From Eremomyces bilateralis CBS 781.70 (lineage: Eukaryota): a stretch of 64,000 nucleotides of DNA. Shown here piece by piece: positions 1-13,266 of the stretch. How positions within the stretch are numbered: position 1 is the first letter of the stretch; every line of letters starts with the position of its first letter. The position numbers and the translations under genes were made by a program. The stretch lies in NCBI GenBank assembly GCA_010015585.1, contig ML975156.1. One strand, written 5' to 3'. A model generated the notes under the pieces. It was given only the letters and a program-made list of their open reading frames with translations. It ran no database searches and was not told the origin of the DNA.

Positions 1-433
1 GATCGAGCGAATGTGGCTTGTTCTCAATTTTGCCTTGCGGTTCCATCGGCGGTACTGGATGACTCCCAAACCCCGATTCCTGGCTTCCCGCATGTCGCAG
101 CTAGCCGTATCATGTTGTCAGCATTTCGGCACTTGAGTGACCGCACTTCAGATCGGCCGGCATTTTGCCAAGTTCTGGACTTCTGCCGATCAGCTCAATA
201 CTATTACAAGCATAATTCGTGAAAATAGCGAGAATAGCGACAAGGAGCGGCAGGGCTGGTGTTGGACTTGATATGATGGTGGGGCATGACTGACTGGATC
301 CTGGATGAGCGGAATGGGCGATGGTGAGAAGGAAGGATGAAGTCACCCCCATGAAGAGTCTCAACAGAGGCCCCAGCAGAGGGCACACTGGGGACAAGGG
401 TGATCTCAAGTCTCAACTCTGAACTCACTGATC

Positions 434-458
434 GATTTTCACGATTTCACGATTTCAC
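434..458 (+). repeat. Short tandem repeat (GATTTCAC)x3
   Basis: gattttcac gatttcac gatttcac read directly. Confidence 0.7.
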
Positions 459-3400
459 AGTCAAAGCGGAAGTGAAGTGAAGAATCAAGGAAACATGGGT
501 GAGGGGAAGCCTGCTGGAGATTACGCGCTTCGTACCCAAAAATACGCCTACCTTCACGTCCCTGTACCTGCACTGCACCAGCCCCCAGGCATTAAGGCAT
601 TAAGGCAGCCATGTCTCCCCTTCGCGCCTTCTCGGATCTCTGACAGTTTTTGATATTTCGTGTCCATCTCATCGCTCATGTCAGGTCTCGCACTCTTAAC
701 TGAGGGTTGAACTGATAAACTCTCCAATAAGCTCTTGCTTTCAGGTCTCTGCAAAACTCCAAGTCCTGTTTCTGAACGCCCGAATGTTTTTGACGCTGGC
801 GCTGTCGGGGTCCCTAGTGGGCCAACGTATCAGATTCAGACGAGTATCTACCTACTGTGGGCTACAGTCAACATCCTCACATCTCTCATATGAGACGATG
901 GAGATCGCCAAAGCAATCGCGAAGGAGTACCCTATCATGATGACTGTTCGCAGTCTTACAGCATCGGTGTGCAACCTCTCTGAGGCTCGCACGAGTAAAT
1001 ATATGTTGTACGGAACCTTTGGATACCTTCCTCACCTTGGGATTGTGGCGGTACAGAGAGAGCCTTTTCCCTAACGGGATCACAAAACAGGCAACAGCCA
1101 ATAGGACAGCAAGCAGAGTGAACTGAAAGCAGACAGGATGCAGCAGGCAGCCAGAGAATTCCGCACTTGCCTACGATGGGTGATCTGCCTGGTGGCTTCG
1201 TGTGGTGAGTGGTCGCCTCACAGCTGGCGCCCTTCATTTCCTTGGGTCAGTTGGGCACACAACATCAGCATCGTAATTCAGAAAGGGACCCTCCTCCGGA
1301 GGATAATTTTTCCCAGGCGTTGTTGATCTGGCTTGCACCCGGTTGCGGGCCCGTTGCTGGGTTGCTCGGTGCTCCAGACCAAGATTGCCCCATCCCCTTG
1401 TTCGGCAAGCAGTTAATGGGAGGCTTCAGAGTTCTGAGTTCTGGGAGGTGAGAGCCAATAAAGCAAGCTGTATTATGTCCAGCCGCATTTGCTTCCATCT
1501 GTATGCTCGAGGGAGCCAGTGACGAGCCAGTCCCGGTGACACAACCATCTCGAATTTCTCGATCCATTTGAAGAATTGGAAGGCGGCGAAAACGTTTTTT
1601 GCGCAGTCATGCCGAGCATCAGACTCAGACAGGGAGCGCAGAGCATGGACCGCGAGACGAAGAGACGACGGCTGCAAGCGGCAACGGGCCTGGCATTCGC
1701 AAGCCGATGGGGCGAAGTGGCGCCTGCAAGCCTGCGTGTGCTAAGTGCCATGAGCTAACCCAGGCAAGCAACTAGCAATGCCGAGCGGTGGGTGCACCGT
1801 GTATTCGCTGTCGCCCAGATGCGACATGCGACCGGAGGGCGGAGATGATGAAGTGTTCACTTTAGTCCCTCCCATTTGCTGCGCTTCGGCTTACCCTAGC
1901 CCATTGCGCCCGCGCCTCTCTCCCCCCCGTCAAACAAGAAGGTGGGCTTGGGGTATGGGCGCCTTGAGCGGGTGACGGGAATAGAACCAGACAGGAGGAA
2001 GCGTACGTAACACGGGAGAAAATCCAACCCGAGGCCCAACCACAGAAATGGTGGGAACTGGGAGAGTCATGGTGGCAGGAATTGCAGAATGCAGATGCGG
2101 TCCATGAAGGAGTGCAGGATTTGCGTGAGAGCCGTGTGGGCGGCAAAGGGGGATCGGATACTCGCAGCCTGGCAGGAGAGGATGGAGGAGGCATCGATGA
2201 TTTCGATCAATAATTCGATGACCGGAACCGTTGACGTACAACGAAGCTAACTAACGGCAGACCTTGCCAATTCTGCAGAGCAGAGTGCAGGCAGTAGAAT
2301 AGGGCCGTGCAGAAGTGTCTGAAAAAAAACGAAGAGTCAGAGCACCACTCCACTGATCCACTGGGCATGGAAGCACGATGCCGGGTGGTGGTGAGGCACT
2401 GCAGGAAAATCGCCATGAGGATCCGACATGGATGGTTCGAGACTTTGGTTTGGTGGGAGGAGGAGACGGGACAGGAGTGAGACCGTTGTTGGCCTGACGC
2501 CTGTTGATGTGGGCACACCATCATCCCGATTCCCAATCCATGTCCATCAAATCATCAATCCATGAGCTGGGATCCGGTCTGGGTCTCTGGGAGGCAAATT
2601 TCCTTTTGACGATGAACGACAAGGGGAGGGGGAAGGGGGGGTTTCGGTGGTGGAGGGAAGCAATACGGATCCGCCAGTCACCGTCGCCCCCTTCAGAAAT
2701 TGTGGATTTTTTCCAGTATGGAATTATTATGGGCCTTTATGGTCTGCACCCATCGGCGCATGGCAAGTCGCCGGATTGCCATGGAGTTGTTGTCGTGGAC
2801 TCGTGGTGGACAAGAAATGGCTGGTTTCAGCAATAGAACCGGCACCCACCATATCATCATAGTCATCAGAATCATCATTACCTATTCTCATCATCACGAT
2901 CTGGTTACAGATTCATGCATGCAATAGCCTGATATTATCATATTACTGTGGAATGTGAATACTGTCTCATCCATGATCAAGTTCGGGTCCAAGCGGTAGG
3001 AATCTAATTGCCTTGCACATTCGCGCTAATCCCGTTGTCCGCCTCTCTCTATTCTCTGCTAGCGCCGCTCTATGGGTTGCTTGATCGGTGGCTTGTCTCG
3101 CCTTGTCAACATTCGTGTAAATTGTTGCTCTTTTTATCCTTTTATGACACCAACCTGGTGGGGCCTGTCTTCATACCCAGTTGTGGAGCTCATTCGTCCC
3201 GCCCAGTCACGTCGTGGGCTCGTGGTTGACTGGTGGCTGTCGAAAAATACATACATCACCGATTCACCATCCACCAACATCAACTCCACTCTCACCACTC
3301 AACCCTTCTCCCTCCATCTGTCACTCCTTCGGTCTTATCTACTCCTAGTACTCCTCCTACTGTTCCCTCCTCTCTATCCTCATCCACCCTCTGACCTCCA

Positions 3401-3694
3401 TATAATTTTCATCTTCTCTCATTTATTAAATCTTGTCTGTTTGTCTTCCTCCTTCTACTCATCCCTCGCCTTCTCTATCCACCCGTCTCCCTCCACCACC
3501 CCATCTCCATATCACGACTCTCACCAGTAGAGCGACCACTGTTCCGCGCTTTATTCCATCGTAATATTCCTGGAGGATTCCGTCCGGCTGCTTTCTCAAG
3601 ACCACCGAGCCCTCTCTTTGGTCTTCGTACTCTCTAATTGTCCTCGGAGCCCTTCACTGGATTCCTGAGGACCACTTCACAGTTCTGGACGAGA

Positions 3695-5138
3695 ATGCTG
3701 TTTCCACCAACACCACCGGCCTCACCACCACTCGATGGATTCCCAAGTCCGCCCCCGGTGGTTTCCGCTCGTCCCCCGGAGTTCCTCCTTGGACATGTAC
3801 TGGCTGGACGGCTCCAGTTGACTCAAATCCTCGGTGTTGGCGCCTATGGAGTGGTCTATCTCGCCATCGATATCCTCACCAACACCAATTATGCCGTAAA
3901 GGCCTTGAATAAGGTTGGTCTGGAGCCCAGGCAACGGAAATTCCAGAAGCGTGAGATCCAGCTACACTACATGGCCAACCATCATCCCGGAGTCGTTTCC
4001 ATGGTCAAAATCCTGGAGTCTTCAGACACCACCTTTGTCGTTCTCGAATACTGTCCGGAAGGGGATCTCTTTTCTAACATTACAGAGCGGGGGAGATATG
4101 TTGGCAGCGATTTCCTGGCAAAGTCTCTTTTCCTACAAATCCTGGACGCGGTTGAACATTGCCATAACCTGGGTATCTACCATCGGGACCTGAAGCCGGA
4201 GAACATCCTCGTGACCGATGGTGGTAAGACGGCCAAGCTTGCCGACTTTGGACTGGCCACCAGTGACCGTGTGACATCCGACTACGGCTGCGGTTCGACC
4301 TTCTACATGTCACCAGGTACGTGCATTTCTCGTTGTTTCTTATTCTCGAAGAGCCCTGGAATTTAACCTTCGTCTCGCTGCAGAATGTCAACAAAGCAAC
4401 CCAAGGGCCTTTTCCAGCTATGCCTCTGTCCCCAATGATGTCTGGAGCCTTGGAGTCATTCTGGTTAATCTCACCTGTGGCCGAAACCCATGGAAGCGGG
4501 CCTGTTTTGAGGATACCACATTCCGCGCCTACGCCCGGGACCGGAGTTTCCTACCTACTATTCTTCCCCTTTCCCAGGAGCTCAATGGCATCTTGACACG
4601 CATTTTCGAGCTGGATCCGTCCAAGCGGATCGACTTGCAAGAATTGCGGAGGTTGATCGTTGGCTGCGATCGCCTCACCACCACTCCTCAAGTTCAGCCG
4701 ATCACTGTCCCCCAACAACCCATTACCCCCCCTCTCTCCCCTTTGGCCTCCATCTTCCAGCCCGGACTCCAACAACCCGACTCGTCCTTCCAGCTCAATG
4801 TTGGCCTCGACGAGCATATATACGAAACCCGCCAGGGTTCCCGCGACTCGAACCTATCTACGGGTAGCTCGAACTCCGATACGTTATCCACCTTATCCGA
4901 TGGCTCTACGACCTCGGCCTCGTCGACGTCGACATCAACCTCTTCCTACACCATTGTTCAAAACGATCATCAAAAACCGACCCCTGCGGTACAATTCCAA
5001 CCCACTTGCTTCGTTCCAACCCCATCTGGAGGAGCCTTCTGGAATGAATTCCCTAGCCAGGTGTATCGTCTTACTCAGATGATGCAGCCTCTTTTCAACC
5101 AGGTCCATTCTAATGCCAGGATGCAACATGTCTTCTAA
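3695..5138 (+). CDS. ran1: Ran1/Pat1 (Sks1/Vhs1-like) Ser/Thr protein kinase; 2 exons, intron 4317-4383
   Basis: GVGAYGVV, YAVK, YHRDLKPEN, DFG and GCGSTFYMSPE (spliced G|AA) motifs. Exon 2 continues ECQQ..NDVWSLGVILVNLTCGRNPWKRA, then a Ser/Thr-rich tail. Confidence 0.9.
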
Positions 5139-7354
5139 GGCCTTCTTGATGGTTCCCCTTTTCACGGACTAGGAGCGACCGGATTCCATGGATCACGAAC
5201 AACGGATTTTCAACTTTCAATTCACTTGTGAATAATTTTCTCACTTCAACCTGTGTATACTGGGGACCTTTTTTCATTTACAACTTTCTAAATCCGAAGA
5301 GTAACGATGGGACGATGAAAAGTCATGTTGATGCGGATCTTTTGTTAATCGGCATGGAGTTGGTCATGTTCAATGATGTACAGATGGATGGTGGAGTCGA
5401 CTTTTTTCTTTCCTTTGTTTAACCTGGGACATCCGGTTTCTGTCAGGATCCGATAGAATGTGGTTGGCGTACCAGCTTGCGGCCTGAATGGTCGGATAGA
5501 GGAGGGTTTCTTCAAGCGGCTTTCAGGAGTTCTGTTTTCACGGCCTTTTCAACCACAGAGAAACCGGAGTTGACATTTAGAGTGGAGCACCGGCGGTTTG
5601 TTTTCAACACGCCAGTTTCATCGATTCACGCGATTTACGGAAGGATTTACCGGATCACGAGAGGATTTCACGCCTAGAGACACTTCTTCGAGGGATACCA
5701 TATAATGGGCTTCAAAACCGAGCACGGGGTTCGGTCGTTCTCGAATCATAAGTCGATCAATTCAGATGACCCCTTAAATTTACGGACTTCATCCACGGCA
5801 GTTCTTGACACTCGTTTTCCGAAAGATACCCAATCTTGTTTCATGCAGAGCTTCTGTAGCAGTATCACAAGGGGGACGCAATCGTTATCTCATATTTTGA
5901 AGGTGTTCAGCGATGGTATGGTGGTGGGAGGCTCCCTATTGAAGGAAGAAACCGTTCAGCACACGCTGATAGAATTCTACAAGCCATATTGCAGTGTTCA
6001 CTGAAGAACCCGTGTTACATTTCTTTTTTATGCAAGTGATTGTTAACCACCAGATCAGTATCGGCGCCCGCCACGAGACGTTTGTTTGGTTTCCGTTTAG
6101 CGGCTCTTCGGAAAGAAGGCAAATGTTATCCACCAAGTGAGTCTTGATGATGACATCTGGCATTTGCCAATTCTTCGGAAGACTAGTCACGAAGCTCGTC
6201 CCTGGAGTGGTTCCTATGGCGGAGTAATGAGTAATCTGTCTAAATTGGCCCCGTTCTAGTCCTCGATGGACCGTCCAATCTAAAGGTCTTCAAGATGCCA
6301 CAAGGACCCTCTAACATTCCCAATAACTGAAGATAATGGTCCACTATTCTTCCTGGTACCAGCATCACATATCTGTCCGGTCATGGACGGACTGGTGTCG
6401 CCTTTGCAATGTTCGTCCGCGTCCGCTTGCGGTCGATCATGGGCTCCCGTCCGCTTGATCCTAACATTGCATTTGCCAATCCAACCAAAATTGATGACAC
6501 CGATCCAGCCGTTGAATTTAGGGCAGCATGCAATAAGCGTAAGGGCAGGTCGTTGAGAGCACGTCTACCCGTTTGCGTAGTGTGAGATCTGGCTCCCTTG
6601 TCGTACCGTGGCATCCATAATATTCACCAAATGAGACGGCTTTGCCCAGTGCCAGCCGCCATCCCAAATGACGATGCCTGCCACTGTGCCACACCATGTC
6701 CGTAATCGGGTGGCCACTCAGACCAGCCAGCGTCTCAAGGCCACCGACATGCTCTCTTCTCGCGCATGGTCTTTTTTTTGGGTGAGGCGGCCAATTGGCG
6801 GGGTTGGGATGATACCGACATGACGCATGTCCCAGCCCCGCCGATGGGCTTCCCGGTTGCCTATCGCCGCTGTCTCAATCCCAGTCGATTAGCTGCCGTC
6901 CAATATGCAACTAACCTACATGTTACTCGATAACCTGAGCTGATCCGTTGTTAGTTCTCTATGAAGCGCTGAGTCGCTGACCGATGCACGACGTCGGCCG
7001 CATTAATAAGGTGCCACTTGGAAGTTGGAACAGTCTGCATGCGTGTTTTACTTAGGGTCTAAGGCGTCTCAACACAAGCCTGAAGTCTGAACCGTGGATA
7101 CGACGTGAATCTCCGTCTTACTGCGTTCCGATATCGAACTCCTGCAGATCCTTGGCATTTCATCTGTAGCCACTCCAAGACAGTCGCAGGTTGATTCCGA
7201 AGCAGAAGGTCGGCCTGGACCCTGCTGACTGCGGTCGCTGTGTCCCATCCTCCCATCCACTTCGATGTCGATCTGGTGATTTGGAGGTTATGGGAGTTGG
7301 AGTCCGTGAGACAGTGGTGACGCCACCTTCCACACGACACGGGCCACACGGCAC

Positions 7355-7378
7355 GATGAGACGATGAGACGATGAGAC
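7355..7378 (+). repeat. Short tandem repeat (GATGAGAC)x3
   Basis: gatgagac gatgagac gatgagac read directly. Confidence 0.7.
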
Positions 7379-9407
7379 TATGGGATCGGCACATGGCATT
7401 GCCGTTGGAGAGCGACAAACGAATGTTGAGGATCTGGACTGGCCGATTTGATCGATGATTTGGTCTGTATGGCTCTGAGGAGACTGGGTTTTGCTGTGTC
7501 ATGCCTCTTTCATCACTCCCTGCCGCGATCAACCTTTACTCAGGACTGGTAAACACCAGTGGAGTGGGATAATGAAAAAGTGCGGAGCTTTGGACTGCTT
7601 ACAGCCAAGCTCACTTGGACACGCTAGCAATAGAATCCCTTACTACTCGTCAAGTCTAAGCGAAGCATTTCTCCTTGCGCATCGGGCTGAATGAAAGCAT
7701 CAACCAGATCAGTGTCTTGACATCATCTTCATGCGAGGCTAGACCTGCGACGGGCTGTGGACTGTAGGCGTGCAGACTGCTGGATGCAAGAGATTCATTA
7801 TTCCAGCCAATGGTCAGAGCCACTTGGACTATACTGTAATTGGAACTCCGTGCGATGAAGGAATCATGATCACGATCGCTTCGTTAGTTCAAAACTATCC
7901 GTGTGCTCCGAATATAACCTCTCCCGTTCTGGCTGTGTGCAGGACATGCAACTTTAGCCTCTAACAGCTTGAGTATTTACCCTGGCAGGAAGGGTATTAT
8001 TACTGTCTGGGTTCATGCATCATAGGGACTTTGCCATGTGGTTTGCTGGCTGCTGTCTGATGAGGACAATTCTCCCAGCTGCATCCCGTAGATGGCTGTT
8101 GATGAGGCTAGCAACAGCCGACTGTGCCATGCCCTGGCACATAAGCAATGCCGACATGGGTATTCCGTAGAATCGCAGAAATGACTCCGTTTATGAGAAT
8201 GCCTGCAGGTTAATAGGCGCTGATCATGTCACACCGGTCAAGATGGGGACTTTTTAGTGGTATTACTAGTATCGATCCTAATCTCCATCTCTTTTTGCGT
8301 CTATATCTGTCAAGCAATCGTCACAAGCATGTATGCAGATTGAATGGTGAATGAAGATTGATTGACTAACAAGGTACCTAGGATTCCTCCTAAGTGTCAC
8401 GGTGCTATTTTGGAGGACCATGGATATGGATCACTATCGTAAAACAGCTTGTATTTGACGAAACGAAAGATGAAGAAGGAGAATGGGAAACCAGAACAGA
8501 GAGAGATATAATATACACAAAGCGGGATTGTGAATCACCACGTGATAGCCCCTAACACATCGGAGGCATCACATCACATCTGCATCTGCATCGTATCGTG
8601 AGGCATCCGTATCAGGCCATAAGGCAACAATACATTAACGCCTCAAAGCACGAAAAGTACGACCGTGACACTAAGGATAAAACCCGAGTTTCATCACGTG
8701 ATGTATGTTTTGCAAACATCGAAGGCCCTATATAGTAAGAGTAACAGGACTTTGTGTATATTAAGATCAGTGTTGCAATTGCGTGTATAGTAGAAGATGT
8801 AGATTGTTATGTAGGCTATATAGGGAAGCTCAGATACAGATGAGATGATCACCTGATCATTGATGTCTGATATGTGTCTAAGGCATGAACTTGAAGGTCT
8901 GGGTCAGGGCTAAGGCATCATTCTGAAGCCTCAGGCATCGATACTCATGCATATCCTGATTTATCTCAGCCACAGCTCAGACCGTCGCTCGAAACCTGGC
9001 TTGCGCCAAGCTACGCTAACGCCCAAATGGGCTAGCTGGGAGTAAACTCCTTTCAAGGAGGTCTGAGGGCACGTGGCATGACTTTAGGAAGAGAAAGACG
9101 CAGAATCGGAGTGATGAGCATTATCGGCCTTGATATCACGAAAAACAACACGAGACTCGACAATTTGACGCCATAAGATCCAAGAAAATGGTACCGGACA
9201 GATATATATCTAGATTTTAGATTGCCTACGTCTAACCATGATAGGATAAAAAAGGTGCTAAGGCTGCCTCAGAGGCGTAGTGGACGAGCGTATATCTAAG
9301 CGATCAACCTCCCATACTACCTATTCGAACTCCACGCCATTCGCACTGAACAAGGAGAGACAGTGAGGTCCTAAAGGTCGATTAGTGTGACAAAGATCCT
9401 TCTCGGT

Positions 9408-9797
9408 ATGCCTAAAGCAAAGAAGACTAAGAGCCGTCGGCATCGAAGGGGGGCCAAGTCTAATTCCGCTCCTAATGCTCCTAGCACTAGAGGACGAGAA
9501 CTCGAGCGGATCCTGGATATCCCGGGCTCAGAGCTTGCATCCTATATTAAACAGTTGGTGCGGGCAAAGGAGCGTCGCGTCAATATCCACGATGAGGTTT
9601 CCATTGACGACATGCTGTCTATGCAGGTGAAGATAATCGAGTCTACTTTGAGGAGGTTACTACGCGATCGATATCCCCAAAGTCACACTGCTGTTGAACC
9701 GAAGGATCTACAGATCGCTATTCTATCCCGCCTTATCTTTGCAAAGCAGGATACAATCCTAATCGCACAGACAGGCTTCGGAAAGAGCTTGATATAG
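9408..9797 (+). pseudogene. Truncated RecQ-like SF2 helicase fragment
   Basis: Q-motif-like PKDLQIAIL followed by QDTILIAQTGFGKSLI (Walker A/motif I of RecQ type), then an immediate TAG. No DEAH motif is visible downstream. Confidence 0.6.
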
Positions 9798-11576
9798 AAG
9801 ATCGCTGTTAGGAGGCCTCGAATCTTCGTAACCTGCTACTACCACACTTTCGCTCTATGTCATGTGTCCCCTTGATTTTCACTCGTCAACTCATATAATC
9901 CCTGCAAAACGCCCCCAGACGGCTTTCTGAAGAAAGCCCAAGTCGGCGCTAGCCGGGGGCGTGGCGCTAGCGCCTTCTTCTTGAAATCCCGTGTGGCTGT
10001 GCGAGATAAATTCTGATGATTGCTATGGTCCGAGGCCTGTGGCCTAAGACCTTGAGTGTGGCTGATGTCACAGAGATGTGGCTGGTGGGTTTCAAGGAGG
10101 ATTATCAAGGACACAGTCATGTGAGAGCTGTGTTAGGACAGCAGAGGAGAGTTGATATCTCGCGCACAGAGACGCTGGGAGTGGGAGATTTCTTGATTCT
10201 CTCTTCTCTCTCTCTTCAGTTTAGATTAATGGAACTTAGTAATCACAGATCTTACGCATCCAGATCGTGTCAATGATAACCATAACAACCAGATGACGGT
10301 TTCGTCTCGTCTTGTCTTCTTTTACCTTATATATAATAGCCTACAGATATTTAGCTGTTATTCTTAGAATAATAACTATCACTAGTATTGTTCTCCGTCT
10401 TATCTTTCCCTGCTTACCTCGTGTGTGAAGTTCCTGCCCACTGATCGGACTGAACGAGGTCATCAGTCAGATATTCCAATCTCAACAGTCAGGATTTCCT
10501 CCCCACTCCAAATCCAAAGATATCCACTAGCAGGTCCGGCAGCGATCCAATTGTATCTATGCTTAATAAGAATAGAAACAAGACTGAATATCCCACTCAC
10601 TAGTTGGCCAAAGGTTCGTGATTGTCTGTTGGTCTGCCGCTTGTTAGAAGCAACCATTATTGTTTATGCATGTCAGGTAATACATTCCTAAATTGGAATA
10701 TGTCATGTAAATAGTTCTATCATCCAGAAGAAAAACCTAGATTTAGGAAATCAATCAAACGGATCAATTAGTCCTCAAGTTCAACACCACTCGCTCTAAT
10801 TGATTGCACCGTCCAGTCCCAGATGTCAGAATACGAGTGCAACAGTTGTCAAATTGGTCAGCTGGAAACAACAAGTAAGAGATTCATCCCCTTTGTGCAA
10901 TTGAAGTGAATCCTTATGCGCCGACGAGGCTGATAGGAGATCTTGGAGGCACGGGTAATGGTTGAGGAGCAATAGGAGGCTGATGGCTACCCCGTCACAA
11001 GCGGCAGATGTGCATAAAGATTGATACATCTGGTCTGATTGCAGAAATGATAGAGATTGGGGCCAGGAGTTGGCGAAGACAGTGAAGGAGTTAGTATATA
11101 TTGTTGTCTTCCTCCAGCGTTCGGCTGCAGCAGAGACAGCCAAGCTGAACAGTCGTGACTTTCCAGAGGATCTCGAGGGATCCCTATATTTCCCTAGAGA
11201 ATTATAATTGGTTTATTCAGCCGCTTCTCTCTGCCTTTTTTGCCAGGGCGTCCACTAATCCAGCAGTGGCGTTCATGGACTTCATAACGCTGGCGCTTAT
11301 ACAAGTGATGGTACACCATCTGGAATGGCCGCCGAATTACAGATGAATATCAGAGTGAATAATTTATAGAAATCGGTAGGAAAGTGCCTAGGTATAATTT
11401 TGGGGACGAGTGGCCCGCTTGGAACGAAGATGCGGTCCGCAAACCTTGAACACGCCAGACTTGGGTCGCAAAGTGAGAATATATATCATGGCGCTGCGAT
11501 TGCTGTTCGATTCATCAGGCCGGACTCATCTTCCCGCATGCTCAAGCTATCCAGTTTCAACATGGATGGCCCTAGA

Positions 11577-12898
11577 ATGGCACGTATCCTCTTTTTGGGT
11601 CTCTTCTTGACCTTCATTTCAGTCGTTGCCGCCAGCAATAAAGACTCTGAAGCTGTCAACATAGCTGCAGCCTACAGCGCCAATATTACTGATAGCTGGG
11701 CACGTTATGTTTATTGGCATAATCCAGATCGGAAGATAGTCGTTCGAGATCGGAATCACGGGAAGCTAGAGGAGATCCAGAGAGCTGTCATACCCAGAAA
11801 ACAGTTCCCCCTTGCAGCTCACTACCGCACTAGCAGCAAGTATACCATAAAGAGACAGATAATGTAGGATTCTGCGACTTTTCTTCTCCGAGGCTCCACG
11901 CATACACCGACAACCTGTTGATGGTCAAATCATTGACGTCGCGTGCCGCTACCAGGACGAGAAATTTATTGAATGGTCTACTACTCCGATCGGCTACAAG
12001 TCCGCATCTAGACTCGTTGCAGCGGAAGTAGATCATAAACTTCGACGATTTTATATCAACGACAAGGATTTTGTCGTTCAAGCAATAGACGGAAAAGTCA
12101 GTCGACTTGGGCCGAGAGCTGGGCGGGGATCACGCGTTGCTGCTGCGGTCTCTGCCGGGTCTACTGACATTTATGTCTTCTTCGTTTCGGAGAATAAGCC
12201 CTTGCTTCCCTTACATTCAACGGCAGTGAGTGGTGAGAAGGTATGATTATGGTCCTATACACTGCTCTATACAAGTTGACAGGGAGACAAACTGACTGAT
12301 GATACCCCATAAAACCCTGCCTGCTATAGCAGAGTTCACCTCACACCTAGATATTAGTTTCGCCGCTGTTGCCTGATCTGATCCATTGATAGTCCGAATA
12401 TTCTATATCAGCCAAGACAGGGTTGCTGGCGAGTGGACGTTTGAAGGTGGATCCTGGACCAACACAACCGACGCTCTGCCGCAAGAACAGGATGCCATCG
12501 CTGGTGGGCCTGTCACGGCTTCACGGAGCATGAATGGCTCAGGGAGGTACAAAGAATATGTCTACACCGCAGCTGGAGGTCGAATCAATTACTTGGCAAG
12601 GACCTACGCCAGCGGGGGCCCTTTTCAGATTCCCTTTGCAGAATTTGAAGTTCCTAAGTCTGAACCATTCTTTGACAAAGGACAGATCATTGGTTTTGTG
12701 TCTGGTACAGTGGGCTTTATTGGCATCGTTGTAGCAACATGGGGTGTTAGAAAGAAAACTGAGAAGCCCGTAGGTCAGGGGCAGGAAGTAATAGTTATAA
12801 GACCTAATAGACAAGGTATAGGGTTCTTCGATATACAAGTCCTTGACACGGTCTGTCTCGATATGCAAGGTCTGCAGTTACCGGTTCCATTAATCTAA
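11577..12898 (+). pseudogene. Degenerate secreted/membrane-anchored fucose-specific-lectin-like beta-propeller gene
   Basis: Signal peptide MARILFLGLFLTFISVVAA. Repeat-like segments GSRVAAAVSAGSTDIYVFFVS, TFNGSEW (frameshifted) and SFAAVA*SDPLIVRIFY..GEWTFEGGSW. C-terminal TM IIGFVSGTVGFIGIVVATW followed by RKK. Contains stops and frameshifts. Confidence 0.5.
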
Positions 12899-13266
12899 AC
12901 CGAAGAGAGAAGGAAAAAGAGGAATTCCCCTTGCGCTTCTGCTACCTCCTCTCCACCATCCTAATACACTGGTTCACACACGACTGCTTGTGGCTTTTCT
13001 TGAGCTGGCCTCTTTTTGCAGATCTATCACATATGAGAGAAGAAAGTGAAAAATCAATTCCATGAATGCTTAATAAGGTATAGGTTCAGCAAATTGCGAA
13101 CATTGGTATCATCTGTTTGAGGGCAACTCAGACACATTCTATTACGGGACATTGAGTTCGACTCGCTTTCTGTACTCCATGACACTGACGAGGTTGCTTC
13201 TCTTGAGGATTAAGAGACATCAAAACCCAGGGCTATAACAATGGTAAGAGCAAAGGGAATTGAAAT

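Noticed and set aside
3638..3694. In-frame TTG-initiated N-terminal extension of the Ran1-like kinase
   Set aside because: Only 19 codons directly after an in-frame TAA, with nothing else supporting use.
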